From: a virus
Lineage: Duplodnaviria > Caudoviricetes
Strand: one strand, 5' to 3'
IMG/VR virus record: IMGVR_UViG_3300029817_000033
Span: 1-54,638 of that record
DNA length: 54,638 nt
Every line of letters begins with the position of its first letter. Position 1 is the first letter of the stretch. The notes below the pieces were generated by a model. It was not told where the DNA came from. It worked only from the letters and a program-made list of their open reading frames with translations, and ran no database searches. The position numbers and the translations under genes were made by a program. Below, piece by piece: positions 9,634 to 18,894 of the stretch.

Positions 9634-10200
9634 TTACCCGACGAGGTTGACCCAGACCATCGTCTCCATGACCAGAAGCCCGCCTTGCGGGCCGTGAGGG
9701 ACGAGTGGGCCGACGAGCGCCTCGCGCATCCCCAACGATGTGCCGGGGTCGCCGAGCAGAGCTTGCATCGAAGCGAGGGCGCCGAGCGCCTGGAAGACCG
9801 TCCAGCCAGGGGCGAACGCCTTCTCGCTCGCTCCGGTCATGACGGGAGCAGCAGGGAAGCGAGCGCCAGCGATCGGGCTCGTCTCGATCACCGGCCATTG
9901 CTGGCAGACCTGGACGGAGAACTGTGCCCACTGCATCGCCCACCAGCCGTCGCCGGGGCTCGGCTCGTCGAACTTCTCCCGGCCAGGGCCACCGAGAGCC
10001 ACCTTCACGAAGCAGACGGCCAGCCCGCCGTTCGTCGTTCCCCAGGCGATCTCGCCAGCGCCGAGGAAGCGGGGCTCGCACGGACCTCCGGGCTGGAAGT
10101 CGGGGAAGGGCACCGAGTCGAGCGCTGCTCCGGCAGCGGCGAGGATCAGCGAGGCGACCTCGTCGAGGGTGTCGGGGGTGAGGACGAGATCGGGGATCAC
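9634..10200 (-). CDS. Tail terminator-like protein
   Basis: Follows adaptor; GEIAW and GPQGGL patterns. Confidence 0.6.
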   Translation of the reverse strand: MIPDLVLTPDTLDEVASLILAAAGAALDSVPFPDFQPGGPCEPRFLGAGEIAWGTTNGGLAVCFVKVALGGPGREKFDEPSPGDGWWAMQWAQFSVQVCQQWPVIETSPIAGARFPAAPVMTGASEKAFAPGWTVFQALGALASMQALLGDPGTSLGMREALVGPLVPHGPQGGLLVMETMVWVNLVG

Positions 10201-11066
10201 GGCAGGACGCGCTCGATCTCGCCGACCTCCGTCTCCATCGTGGGCTCGCGTTCGAGGGCGATCGTGTCGGGCGTGATGACGCGAGAGCGGCGCCGGAGCC
10301 CGTAGGGGTTGACCGACATGATGAACAGATCGACGACCGGGATGCCGGTGAGACCCCGCTCGATGAAGTTGAGCGGGTCTTGCACGACGGCCGAGACGCC
10401 CTGAGAGGCGACGGAGGTCACCCGAGCGGGGAGCCGGATCGTCGGGTCCGTCGGGTTGGCGACGGCCTTGGCGATCTGGACGGCCATCTCCACCGCTGCG
10501 AGGTATCCGCTGGCCGGGACCGGCTTGCCGAACTCATAGGTGACGCTCCATGTGTTCTGCTCGGTGTCGGGCAGATCGAGCCGCTGGAGGAACGGCCAGA
10601 CGGCAGCGTCGGTGAGCGGGGCAGCGCTACTCGCCTGGCGCACGAGCCGCCGACCGTTGAAGAGCACGTAGTCCTTGCCGGACGTGAGGACGGCGCCGTC
10701 GACCTTGACCTGGATGATCCGGCGCACAGGGCCGGGGAAGGTGAGTTCAGCCTGGCTCGGGCAGTCGTACCAGAGGCCATCCGGCCACTGGGGGTTGAAG
10801 GGGAACGTCGACCAGGCTGTGCCCCAGCCGCCGAAGCTCGCCATGTACCACGGCATGTAGCCGAAGTCCCGGTAGACCATCGTCGGCCGGACGGTCTGCG
10901 CTCCACCCTTCATGAACTGCCGCCCGGAGAGCTTGAAGAGGATCTCGCTGGACGCCGTCGCCACCTGGGCGAGGTTGATCGCGGCCGGGAAGGTCTTCTC
11001 CAGCAGCGGCCGGATCTCCTGCTCGGTGACCCACGACTCGTAGACCGTCGGGCTCCACGCCTGCAT
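10197..11066 (-). CDS. Head-to-tail adaptor
   Basis: ASSEILFKLSGRQF, RLPARVTSVASQGVS and GLTGIPVVDLFIMSVNP motifs of actinophage adaptors. Confidence 0.8.
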   Translation of the reverse strand: MQAWSPTVYESWVTEQEIRPLLEKTFPAAINLAQVATASSEILFKLSGRQFMKGGAQTVRPTMVYRDFGYMPWYMASFGGWGTAWSTFPFNPQWPDGLWYDCPSQAELTFPGPVRRIIQVKVDGAVLTSGKDYVLFNGRRLVRQASSAAPLTDAAVWPFLQRLDLPDTEQNTWSVTYEFGKPVPASGYLAAVEMAVQIAKAVANPTDPTIRLPARVTSVASQGVSAVVQDPLNFIERGLTGIPVVDLFIMSVNPYGLRRRSRVITPDTIALEREPTMETEVGEIERVLP

Positions 11067-11074
11067 GGTTCCTC

Positions 11075-11470
11075 CTAGCTCGGCGTCGGCGCTGCTGGCC
11101 GAGCCCTCGCGACGAAGGCGTAGGCGGGCGAGCTGGTCGCCTGGACTCTCCCTGTCGTCGGGGAGCGCCCGATGAGGCAGCCCTCCCAGCGACCGGGCTG
11201 GTTCGTCGAGTCGACCTCGACGGAGAAGACGCCGGGGCCGATGTGCGTGAAGGGCGTCTCGTCCGGCCAGTCGAGGACATCAACGACGATCTCGTTGACG
11301 GGGCCGCATCTGCCGTTGTCGTCCACCTGCCACCGGAGCGTCACGATGTCGGGGTCCGTCGGCGTCGGGTTGCCCTCCGGGTCGTAGACGACGAACGGCT
11401 CCGGGATGTTGTCGAAGCCGACCGGCGTGCCTTCGACGAACTCCTGGGGGGTGGTGACGACGTTGGTCAC
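11075..11470 (-). CDS. Ig-like/beta-sandwich virion protein (putative)
   Basis: Coupled to LamG gene; beta-strand pattern (G.F.V.VD..QPGRW). Confidence 0.55.
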   Translation of the reverse strand: MTNVVTTPQEFVEGTPVGFDNIPEPFVVYDPEGNPTPTDPDIVTLRWQVDDNGRCGPVNEIVVDVLDWPDETPFTHIGPGVFSVEVDSTNQPGRWEGCLIGRSPTTGRVQATSSPAYAFVARARPAAPTPS

Positions 11471-14400
11471 GGGACCACCATACCCCCGACGCTTGCCACG
11501 GTGGCGGTCTCCAGCCCGACGTCAGCTACGAGCGCCGGAGCCAGGCCGACACCCGAGACGACGTGGGTCTCCAGCCCCGAGGAGCCGGGGCGCTCGATGA
11601 CGTAGAGGGCCAGGCTCCCGAGTCCCTTCGATGCGCTCGTGCCTGCTCCAACGAGCCATTCGATGATGAGGCGCTCGCCGAAGCCGAGAGAGCCAGACTC
11701 CCCGGCGCCGACGAACTCATCGGCGACAGAGACGGTCGCTTCGGCTGCCGAGCCCGAGAGCCCAGAACCGACGAGTGGGACGACGGCCAGGAAGGAGCCG
11801 GAGCCGTCCGAGCCGGTGGCTGCTGAGCCGACGAAGGCGCCCGCCACGGTGAGCTGGGCGCTGCCCAGCGAAGACGAGACGGCCATACCGGCGAGCGGGG
11901 TCGCCACTGAGAGGGTGAACACACCAACCGAAGACGACTCGCCGACGGCGAGGAGAGGGATGGCGACACCGATCGTCCCGCTGGCGGCGCTCGACGAGAG
12001 CCCAGCCCCGGCGAGGGGGATCGCGAGACTGGCGATCGCCGACCCGACCGTCGACGTCTCGCCTCGCCCGACCAGATGGAGGCCGAGCGAGAGCGTCGCG
12101 GCGCCGGAGCTGTCCGTCGACGAGGCGCTCGTGAGCGGCACCGTGGCAACGAGGGAGCCAGCTCCGATCGAACTGGAGGCGGCCGTGCTCGTGAGCGGGA
12201 GCCCGAGGCTGGTCGTCGCCCATCCGAAGGAGGACGACTGTCCCGAGCCGATGAAGGGGGTGGTCGGGACGACCTGCCCGGCGCCGATCGAGGAGGACTG
12301 ACCAGAGCCGACGGGCGCGAGCGTGATGAAGCCGGAGCCGACGCTCGCCGTCTCGGCGCTGCCCGTGAGCGGTATGGCGACGCTGAGATGAGCGCTGCCG
12401 CTGCTGGCGCTTGCCCCGGCCCCGACGAGTGAGAGCGTCTCCGTGAAGCGCCCACCGCCGATCGAAGCGGTCGCGGCGGTGCTCTCGAAGACGGCAGCGT
12501 CTACGAACTGGCCGACGCCGATCGAGGAGGACGAGCCCGCGCCGACGGCGTGCATTCTGAGGGTTAGCGCTCCGAGCCCCGTAGAGCCGGTCGTCCCCTC
12601 GCCTGAGAGGTGATCAGTCAGGAGGAGGCGGCCAGTTCCAGCGGACCCCGTCTCGCCCCCGCCTGAGAGCACCACAGGCCCTACAACCCGACCGACGGAG
12701 CCTGTGAGTCCGTGCCCGACAAGATGGGCGGGGAGCGGGTTGGCCCCGAGGACGCCCCTGCCAGCGCTAGAGGTGCGGCCGGAGCCGATGAGGTTCGCTG
12801 AGGGGACGAAGCCTCCTGCCGTCGTTAGGGTGGCGATCGTAGTCGGGCTCAACGCCGTCTCCCAAAGGGTGAAGTGACCAGCAGAGCCGGTGAAGCCACC
12901 AGCGCTGAGCACCTGGAGCGTGAGAGCGCCGCCCCCCGTCCACGTCACGTTCGAGAGAACCTTGTTGCCATCGAGCCACACGTCGGCGTGCCAGTTCCCG
13001 GACGAGTCGATCGAGACGACCAGGAATGCCAGGTGGTCGTTACCATCGTTCGCCGCGACCGTCGAGAAGACGCTGGCCACCCACGTCGCCCCCCACCCCA
13101 TCTGAACGCCGATGTGCCCCGAAGCGTCGAAGGCGAGCTGGGCCCCTGGGCAGGCAACGGGGTAGTTCCAGCCTCCCGTGTAAGCGACGCCGAGCGCCCC
13201 GGTGAGAGGGTGCCCTCCGAGCCCCGCCGTCCCGTTGAACGCGGCCATCAGCGAGAAGGCGCTGGAGAGCCCGCCGACCGGGTTGTCGGCCAGCCAGCCG
13301 TAAGGCGGCGTGTCGTTGTCCCGGAAGTTCCCGAAGAACGCCCCTGTCGGCAAGGTGAACGTCGCGCTCGGCTCGCCCGGCTGCGTCGGGACGACGGAGG
13401 AGCCCGCCCCGTAGCTGGCGTGGTAGTAGTCACTTGCCCCGGTCCCCAGCGTCCACTCCGCATTGAGGGTGTCGTAGTAGCCCGCGACGTCCGGCCCGAG
13501 CGACTGGTCCCAGGTCTCCCCGCTGTCTCCACCGGTCCCGACGGCGCCCTTCCACCAGACGGCCGGGTCCGAAGCGATGACCGCCTGATCGAACGGCCCC
13601 TTGATGCCGAGCTGGTAGAGGGCTGAGACCTGTTGGCCGGTGAGGGCCTTCGAGAAGTAGGCGATCTGAGAGATCGAGCCGCCGTAGTAGCTGTCGGCTC
13701 CGAAGGGCTTGGCGACCTGGAGGTTGTTCCCCGAGGGGATGAACGTCCCGGTATCACTGAGGGAGGTCCACGCCTCTCCGTTATCGTCCAGTAGTAGCCC
13801 GACCCGGTTGCCGTGGCGAACGAGGGCGACCATGTGCCAGTTCGAGTCGTTCGGGACGGTGATAGGTAGGCCCTGTTCTCCGTCTGAGAACTCGATCCCA
13901 GCCTGGAGCGTATAGGTCCCGGCGAGGTCACCGACGACGAAGTCGACGCCTGAGTGGTTGTTATAGACGTCGTTCGTCCCAAGCAGGAACGGGGCCCATG
14001 ACGACGCGACGCCCTTGTACCAGAAGACGAAGGAGAAGTCGCCGGTCGGCGCTATCGGGTAGCTCGACGTGATCCCGCCCGTCGAGCCGTCGAACAGCAC
14101 GCCCTTGTCGCTCGACGGCATCGAGCCGGGCGGGCTCTGCCCCTTCGTGACGGTGCCCACGTAAGTCCCCGGATGGCCGTGCCCCGAGTAGTCGGTCACC
14201 GTCGAACCGCTCGACTCGTTGAGCTTCCACCAGAGGTCGGGATCGAGCGCCAGCATCAGCCCGTCGAAGGTGCCAGAGGGCTCGGGCGGTGGCGCTATGA
14301 CGGTGGCGAGCCCGACCGATCTGGAGCAGCCGTGCCCGACGAGATGGCGAGGCCCCCCCGGCGCGCTGAGAGTGCCCGCCCCCCTCGATCCCGTCGAGCC

Positions 14401-15087
14401 AGCGCCGACGAGGTTCGTCCGAGGGACGGCCAGCCACTTGGCGTACAGGTAAGCCTCGATGCTTGCCATCTGATCGGTGGAGAGCGCTGAGTCGTAGACG
14501 ATGACCTCGGCAAAGATGCCCGGCCAGGGCGCTGCTCCGCTGCTGTTCGTTCCCAGCAGGAACTCGGGACTGGTGCCGCTGCTGACGCCCCCGGTCGCGA
14601 CCTGAGTGCCGTCTATCCGCATCAGGGAGCTACCGCCGTTGCTCTGCACCGTCCAGATGTGGTCGTTCGCGTCGGTCGAACCGCCACTGACGCCGCTATA
14701 GCCCGACTCGTACAGGCACCACGCGCTCGACAACGTGAGGAACTGGTGCTCCTTCCCAGCGATGTTACCAAGTGACCAAAGAACGTAGACGGACGACCCC
14801 GGGGAGGTGGTGGCCCTTCCTACGGCGAAGACGGTGATAGGCAGCGTCTCAGATAGGGGGTTGCAGGCGAGCGCCTGGCTGCCGCTGAACAGCACGACCG
14901 GCAGCCCGCTCAGCGGGAGCAGAGCGCCCGTCGAGTAGTAGGTCGGCGCGCTGAACGAGCCGTGGACGAGGTCGTTCCCGTTCCCTGACTCGTCGGGCCA
15001 GGTATTGACCGATGCGCCGTGGGAGAGCCCCGTTATCTGTGAGGCGTCATACCACGCCTTGTAGCCACTGACAGGAGGGCCGGTCAC
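11467..15087 (-). CDS. Large fibre protein with three LamG/ConA-like domains and a Gly/Ser/Ala repeat stalk
   Basis: AWYDAS, WWKLNESSG..DYSGHG, DSNWHMVALV and NDGNDHL motifs; C-terminal imperfect L.G.G.S.S.G repeats. Confidence 0.85.
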   Translation of the reverse strand: MTGPPVSGYKAWYDASQITGLSHGASVNTWPDESGNGNDLVHGSFSAPTYYSTGALLPLSGLPVVLFSGSQALACNPLSETLPITVFAVGRATTSPGSSVYVLWSLGNIAGKEHQFLTLSSAWCLYESGYSGVSGGSTDANDHIWTVQSNGGSSLMRIDGTQVATGGVSSGTSPEFLLGTNSSGAAPWPGIFAEVIVYDSALSTDQMASIEAYLYAKWLAVPRTNLVGAGSTGSRGAGTLSAPGGPRHLVGHGCSRSVGLATVIAPPPEPSGTFDGLMLALDPDLWWKLNESSGSTVTDYSGHGHPGTYVGTVTKGQSPPGSMPSSDKGVLFDGSTGGITSSYPIAPTGDFSFVFWYKGVASSWAPFLLGTNDVYNNHSGVDFVVGDLAGTYTLQAGIEFSDGEQGLPITVPNDSNWHMVALVRHGNRVGLLLDDNGEAWTSLSDTGTFIPSGNNLQVAKPFGADSYYGGSISQIAYFSKALTGQQVSALYQLGIKGPFDQAVIASDPAVWWKGAVGTGGDSGETWDQSLGPDVAGYYDTLNAEWTLGTGASDYYHASYGAGSSVVPTQPGEPSATFTLPTGAFFGNFRDNDTPPYGWLADNPVGGLSSAFSLMAAFNGTAGLGGHPLTGALGVAYTGGWNYPVACPGAQLAFDASGHIGVQMGWGATWVASVFSTVAANDGNDHLAFLVVSIDSSGNWHADVWLDGNKVLSNVTWTGGGALTLQVLSAGGFTGSAGHFTLWETALSPTTIATLTTAGGFVPSANLIGSGRTSSAGRGVLGANPLPAHLVGHGLTGSVGRVVGPVVLSGGGETGSAGTGRLLLTDHLSGEGTTGSTGLGALTLRMHAVGAGSSSSIGVGQFVDAAVFESTAATASIGGGRFTETLSLVGAGASASSGSAHLSVAIPLTGSAETASVGSGFITLAPVGSGQSSSIGAGQVVPTTPFIGSGQSSSFGWATTSLGLPLTSTAASSSIGAGSLVATVPLTSASSTDSSGAATLSLGLHLVGRGETSTVGSAIASLAIPLAGAGLSSSAASGTIGVAIPLLAVGESSSVGVFTLSVATPLAGMAVSSSLGSAQLTVAGAFVGSAATGSDGSGSFLAVVPLVGSGLSGSAAEATVSVADEFVGAGESGSLGFGERLIIEWLVGAGTSASKGLGSLALYVIERPGSSGLETHVVSGVGLAPALVADVGLETATVASVGGMVVP

Positions 15088-15097
15088 GGCCTCTGCC

Positions 15098-15721
15098 TTA
15101 CGGAGTCATCGAGAGTGTGAGCGCTCCAATGGCAAAGCTCGGAGAGGAGCCGGAGGCGCAGTCGATGGCCGTCGCCATCGCTCCCCAGGCCCAGATGTTC
15201 CCGGCCGTGGCGGCGTCCGAGTCGATCCAGCCGATAACCAGCCCCCAGTCGGACGACGGGGAGTTGAAGTTGATGGCCGTGCCATTGCTGAGCACAGCGG
15301 GCTGAGCGTCCGAGGCGTTCGGGAAGTTCGTCGCGTTCCCGGCGACCTCGGCGCGGGCGTAGTTCGCCGTGCCGATCTCCAGCTCAGCTCCGGTGAACGT
15401 CCCTGCCTGGAAGAGGAGCGAGACCTCCGTCCAGGTGACGCCACCGTCCACGACGGTCCCGCCAGGGGTCGTCGGCCATGAGGGCTCCTCGCTGCTCGAC
15501 TCCCCGCCGACCGTGCAGATGAAGATCTTGCCGGTCTGGCCGGTGATCGAGTTGAAGGTGGTCGGGATGACGTACTCGCCCTCGGTGTAGCTGGCCGACC
15601 CTGTCCACTCCGTCCCTGTGAGGAGACCGAAGAAGTGATCGGTCGGCCCCGAGAGCGGAGCCGTGGCCCCCTGCCCGAAGGCGTTGAGGACGAGGTCCTC
15701 GGTGTAGGTCGTGAGGCCCAT
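15098..15721 (-). CDS. Virion fibre-associated protein with inserted CBM-like module
   Basis: YAR...SN..AINF....WG pattern; insert W....Y..G..V...EPSWPT..G.V.DG.VTW. Confidence 0.65.
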   Translation of the reverse strand: MGLTTYTEDLVLNAFGQGATAPLSGPTDHFFGLLTGTEWTGSASYTEGEYVIPTTFNSITGQTGKIFICTVGGESSSEEPSWPTTPGGTVVDGGVTWTEVSLLFQAGTFTGAELEIGTANYARAEVAGNATNFPNASDAQPAVLSNGTAINFNSPSSDWGLVIGWIDSDAATAGNIWAWGAMATAIDCASGSSPSFAIGALTLSMTP

Positions 15722-15739
15722 GGGATCTCCTTCTGGTGG

Positions 15740-16318
15740 TCAGTCGACTGGGAACGAACAGCAGAGCCCGGCGATCAAGGCGGGCCACGGCGTGAGCTTC
15801 GTCAGCGTGCCGATCGAGACGGCCTTGTCACTCACCCCTGCTCCGGCTACGGCCGAGAGGGTGACGATCGACGAACTGGTGAACCCGTCGATGAGGGCCA
15901 CGAGCGGGGTGTCACCACCGGCCCCGGCATCGGCGACCGAGACGACCTTGCCGACGTCGCTTGCTCGGAACGGCTTCGAGGTCGCGCAGGTGAGCGTCGC
16001 GTCGCCCTCCGTCATCGCTCCGTCGGCGCCAGCGGCGCGGCCGTTGTTGACCGCAGCGAAGGCGTAGGCCGTCGCCGCTCGGGTGACAGTGAGCCCGGCA
16101 TCGCCCTGTCCGGACGTGACCTCGACGTTCTCACAGTGGACGCCGTCGTCGAGTTGGACGAAGTAGTCGGCCGAGCCGGGGCCGGAGCTGTCGCCGGGCC
16201 AGCCGTCATCCGCCACAAGGCGGGTGATCGTCGTGGCTTCGTCGTCGATGTCGGCGACGAGGATGTCGGGGTTGGGCTTGTAGAACTGGGCGACGTTGGT
16301 GGCAGTCGGGGTGGACAT
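15740..16318 (-). CDS. Virion structural protein (putative)
   Basis: GGAGG RBS; beta-rich (FRASDVGKVVSV). Confidence 0.6.
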   Translation of the reverse strand: MSTPTATNVAQFYKPNPDILVADIDDEATTITRLVADDGWPGDSSGPGSADYFVQLDDGVHCENVEVTSGQGDAGLTVTRAATAYAFAAVNNGRAAGADGAMTEGDATLTCATSKPFRASDVGKVVSVADAGAGGDTPLVALIDGFTSSSIVTLSAVAGAGVSDKAVSIGTLTKLTPWPALIAGLCCSFPVD

Positions 16319-16330
16319 CGGACCTCCAGG

Positions 16331-17131
16331 CTAGATCGGGGTGATGACGGACGTGCCGAGCACGGCTTGCGCCACGTCCAGACGCAGATACCAGCCAGCC
16401 GGGACATGGACGACGTGGGTGAGGACCGTCCCGGCCAGCGGCGTCGCTGCTGTGGCAGGGATCGAGACCTCGGTCGCGCCAGCAGAGCCGGGCGAACTCG
16501 ACGAGACGATGGACTTGAGCGTCGCCGGGCTCGTTGTCGCCGTGTAGGTGACGGGCGTGCGGACCTCGATGTCGTAGCCGAGCATGTTGTGGAACGGCGT
16601 GCCGGTCGAGAGCGAGGTCGTCGAGGGGGCCGCGCTCGGCGCCGTGGCGATGCCTCCTTCGACCACGAGGTCGCCCTCCTCGACGCTCGGCTCGGCAGCG
16701 TCCGGCGAGACGTGGAAGGTGAACGGCCCGCTCGTCGAACCACCGACCGGCGTCACCGTGTACTGGTAGTCGCCGGGGTCCAGGAACTGCTCGGCCAGGT
16801 TGCCGTTGCCATCGAGAGTGAGCAGCGTCGGGGCATTGGCCGACCTCAACCGGGTCGTCCACACGTTGTCCGCAGCATCCGCACCGCCGACGAGGGCGAT
16901 CTGGAGCGCAGCTCCAGCAGCGGGGACGATGTCGCCGCCCAGCGAGCCGTAGACGAAGGTGCCGGGCGACCAGCTCCCGGCGAAGGTGTAGGCGTGAGCG
17001 GCGGGGAAGATCATCTTGGCTCGGAGCCGCCGAGCGAGCCGGGCGAGCCGTCTCGTCTTCGGGTCGTGGATGACGACGCCGTAGAGCCCGAGCAGCATCA
17101 GGGCGAAGAGCAGGCGGAAGAAGCGGGTCAT
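16331..17131 (-). CDS. Virion-module protein with N-terminal hydrophobic segment
   Basis: Start MTRFFRLLF after AAAGGAG; remainder beta-rich. Confidence 0.6.
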   Translation of the reverse strand: MTRFFRLLFALMLLGLYGVVIHDPKTRRLARLARRLRAKMIFPAAHAYTFAGSWSPGTFVYGSLGGDIVPAAGAALQIALVGGADAADNVWTTRLRSANAPTLLTLDGNGNLAEQFLDPGDYQYTVTPVGGSTSGPFTFHVSPDAAEPSVEEGDLVVEGGIATAPSAAPSTTSLSTGTPFHNMLGYDIEVRTPVTYTATTSPATLKSIVSSSSPGSAGATEVSIPATAATPLAGTVLTHVVHVPAGWYLRLDVAQAVLGTSVITPI

Positions 17132-17145
17132 GGGGGCTCCTTTGG

Positions 17146-17823
17146 TTAGCCGACCGAGGACGAGTATCCGGGGTGGAGGACGGGGAGATGCGTCGAGTAG
17201 ATCCAGGCCAGCGAGCGCGTCGAGTCCAGAGCCGTCCCTCCCGACGTCTCGTTGCTCGTCCAGTCGTTCCACGGGCCGTTCCCGTAGTTCTGGTTCTCCA
17301 TCGCGTAGCCCTGGTAGATGAACGTCTGCGGGGCATTGGCGAAGGTGTTGTCGTCGGGACGCCACTTCGTGAACGGCGCGAGGTAGCGCTGGTAGGGGTA
17401 GTCGGAGAGCTGGGTGTTGTTGAAGATGTTGCGCGTCCAGACCTCCAGCGAGACCGGGTTGGGGTCGGTGACCTCGGCCAGGTTCGGGTAGGCGAAGCCG
17501 AGCGTCGACGCCCCGTCCAGCAGCAGCTCGCCGTTCAGCAGCAGCTCCATGAGGCACGGGTCGGGGTAGGTGATCTCCAGCGTGAGCTCCCACCACTTGA
17601 CCTTGTCGTCGTCCCTGTAGTTGATGTCGATGGAGCCGGAGGCGTCCTTGGTCGTGAACTGGTTCGCCGCCTCGATGACTGGCTTGATGTCGAGCTTCAC
17701 GAACGCCGAGTTGGCGTAGGCGCCCGTCGAGTTGGCGACCGGCGTACCGTCGCTCTGCTCTCGGCAGACCCTGATCGCGAGACCCTGGATCGACTTGCGG
17801 CCGATGAGTGCTGGGGTGGTCAT
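17146..17823 (-). CDS. Major tail protein
   Basis: 225 aa; LTLEITYPDP, SLEVWT and NYGNGPWNDW patterns of actinophage tail tube proteins. Confidence 0.75.
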   Translation of the reverse strand: MTTPALIGRKSIQGLAIRVCREQSDGTPVANSTGAYANSAFVKLDIKPVIEAANQFTTKDASGSIDINYRDDDKVKWWELTLEITYPDPCLMELLLNGELLLDGASTLGFAYPNLAEVTDPNPVSLEVWTRNIFNNTQLSDYPYQRYLAPFTKWRPDDNTFANAPQTFIYQGYAMENQNYGNGPWNDWTSNETSGGTALDSTRSLAWIYSTHLPVLHPGYSSSVG

Positions 17824-17832
17824 GCTGGTCTC

Positions 17833-18837
17833 CTAGTCCACTGTGGTGTCCACGAGCACGGCAGCTCGCAGCGCGCCATTCGAGTAGATCCCCCACGGAC
17901 GGTATGCCCGCCACGTGATGACGTTGTCCTGGACGATCGCTGGCGACATCTCCTCGTAGCCCTCGGGGAGAACCTCCACGGTCCCTCGGAGCAGGTAGAC
18001 CATGTCGGTGGCGAAGGCCCATTGCTGCTTGGCGTAGCGCAGCGGCACGGGTGGGTCGGTCTGGTCGATCGGGGCCGAGCCATCGAAGCCGTAGCCGGGG
18101 ATGATGAGGTTCCCGTTCGGCGTCCAGATGCGCCGAGCGCCCCCCGGCGTCGACGGCGAGCCGTCATACCGGAAGGGCACGCCGCCTCGGCTGGCCCAGT
18201 AGTTCATGAGGTAGGGGGTGCAGCAGATGACGCCCTGCCCAGCGTCCTTCTCGCCGATGGCGCCCTCCAGAGCGGCGAGCGACTCGCGCACGCCAACAGC
18301 GGCGGGGCCGACGGGGTAGTAGGGATCGACCGCGGTGAGATGCGGCTGCGTCGAGTCGATCGAGCCCGTCCACCACTGGTTCTCGACTCGCCAGCACTCG
18401 TGAGCCGCGAGGCCGCGCTGGACGCGCTGCTGAGCGTCGCTCGCCTTGTAGCCGAGCGTCGATCGCGTGTCGTCCATCGCGACCATGAAGGCCGCTCTGA
18501 CGCCGTGCTCGGGGCAGCTCCGAAGCGCGTCCGAGAAGCCGGACCCACAGGTCGGGTAGCCGTCGGCCGGGCCGACGATCTCCGGCAGGAAGTCGAAGGA
18601 GTTGACCCAGCGGTCGAACAGCGGCTCGCCGAAGACGTCGCTCGGGGGCTTCCCCGTCTGGTCATCGGCGAGGTCTGCCGGGTAGCTCGCCACGTCGATG
18701 ACGGGGCAGCTCGTGGTGAGGGACAACGGTGAGAGTGTGAGCGCTGGCGCGTTGATGACGGCGGCCGGGCCGACGGTCGGGATGTCGTAGTAGTCCTCCC
18801 AGCCGACGAACCTCTCCAGCGTCCTAGTCGGAGCCAT
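17833..18837 (-). CDS. Second capsid protein (pentamer-like)
   Basis: Follows main capsid gene; AHECWRVENQWW, TPNGNLIIPGYG and WAFAT patterns. Confidence 0.6.
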   Translation of the reverse strand: MAPTRTLERFVGWEDYYDIPTVGPAAVINAPALTLSPLSLTTSCPVIDVASYPADLADDQTGKPPSDVFGEPLFDRWVNSFDFLPEIVGPADGYPTCGSGFSDALRSCPEHGVRAAFMVAMDDTRSTLGYKASDAQQRVQRGLAAHECWRVENQWWTGSIDSTQPHLTAVDPYYPVGPAAVGVRESLAALEGAIGEKDAGQGVICCTPYLMNYWASRGGVPFRYDGSPSTPGGARRIWTPNGNLIIPGYGFDGSAPIDQTDPPVPLRYAKQQWAFATDMVYLLRGTVEVLPEGYEEMSPAIVQDNVITWRAYRPWGIYSNGALRAAVLVDTTVD

Positions 18838-18894
18838 CGCTCACACCCTCTCTCTCGAAGCCCTCTTGCCTTGCCCTTCGATCCCTCTCGGGGT

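Noticed and set aside
689-15087. Diversity-generating retroelement acting on fibre genes
   Set aside because: No reverse transcriptase or template/variable repeat pair seen.
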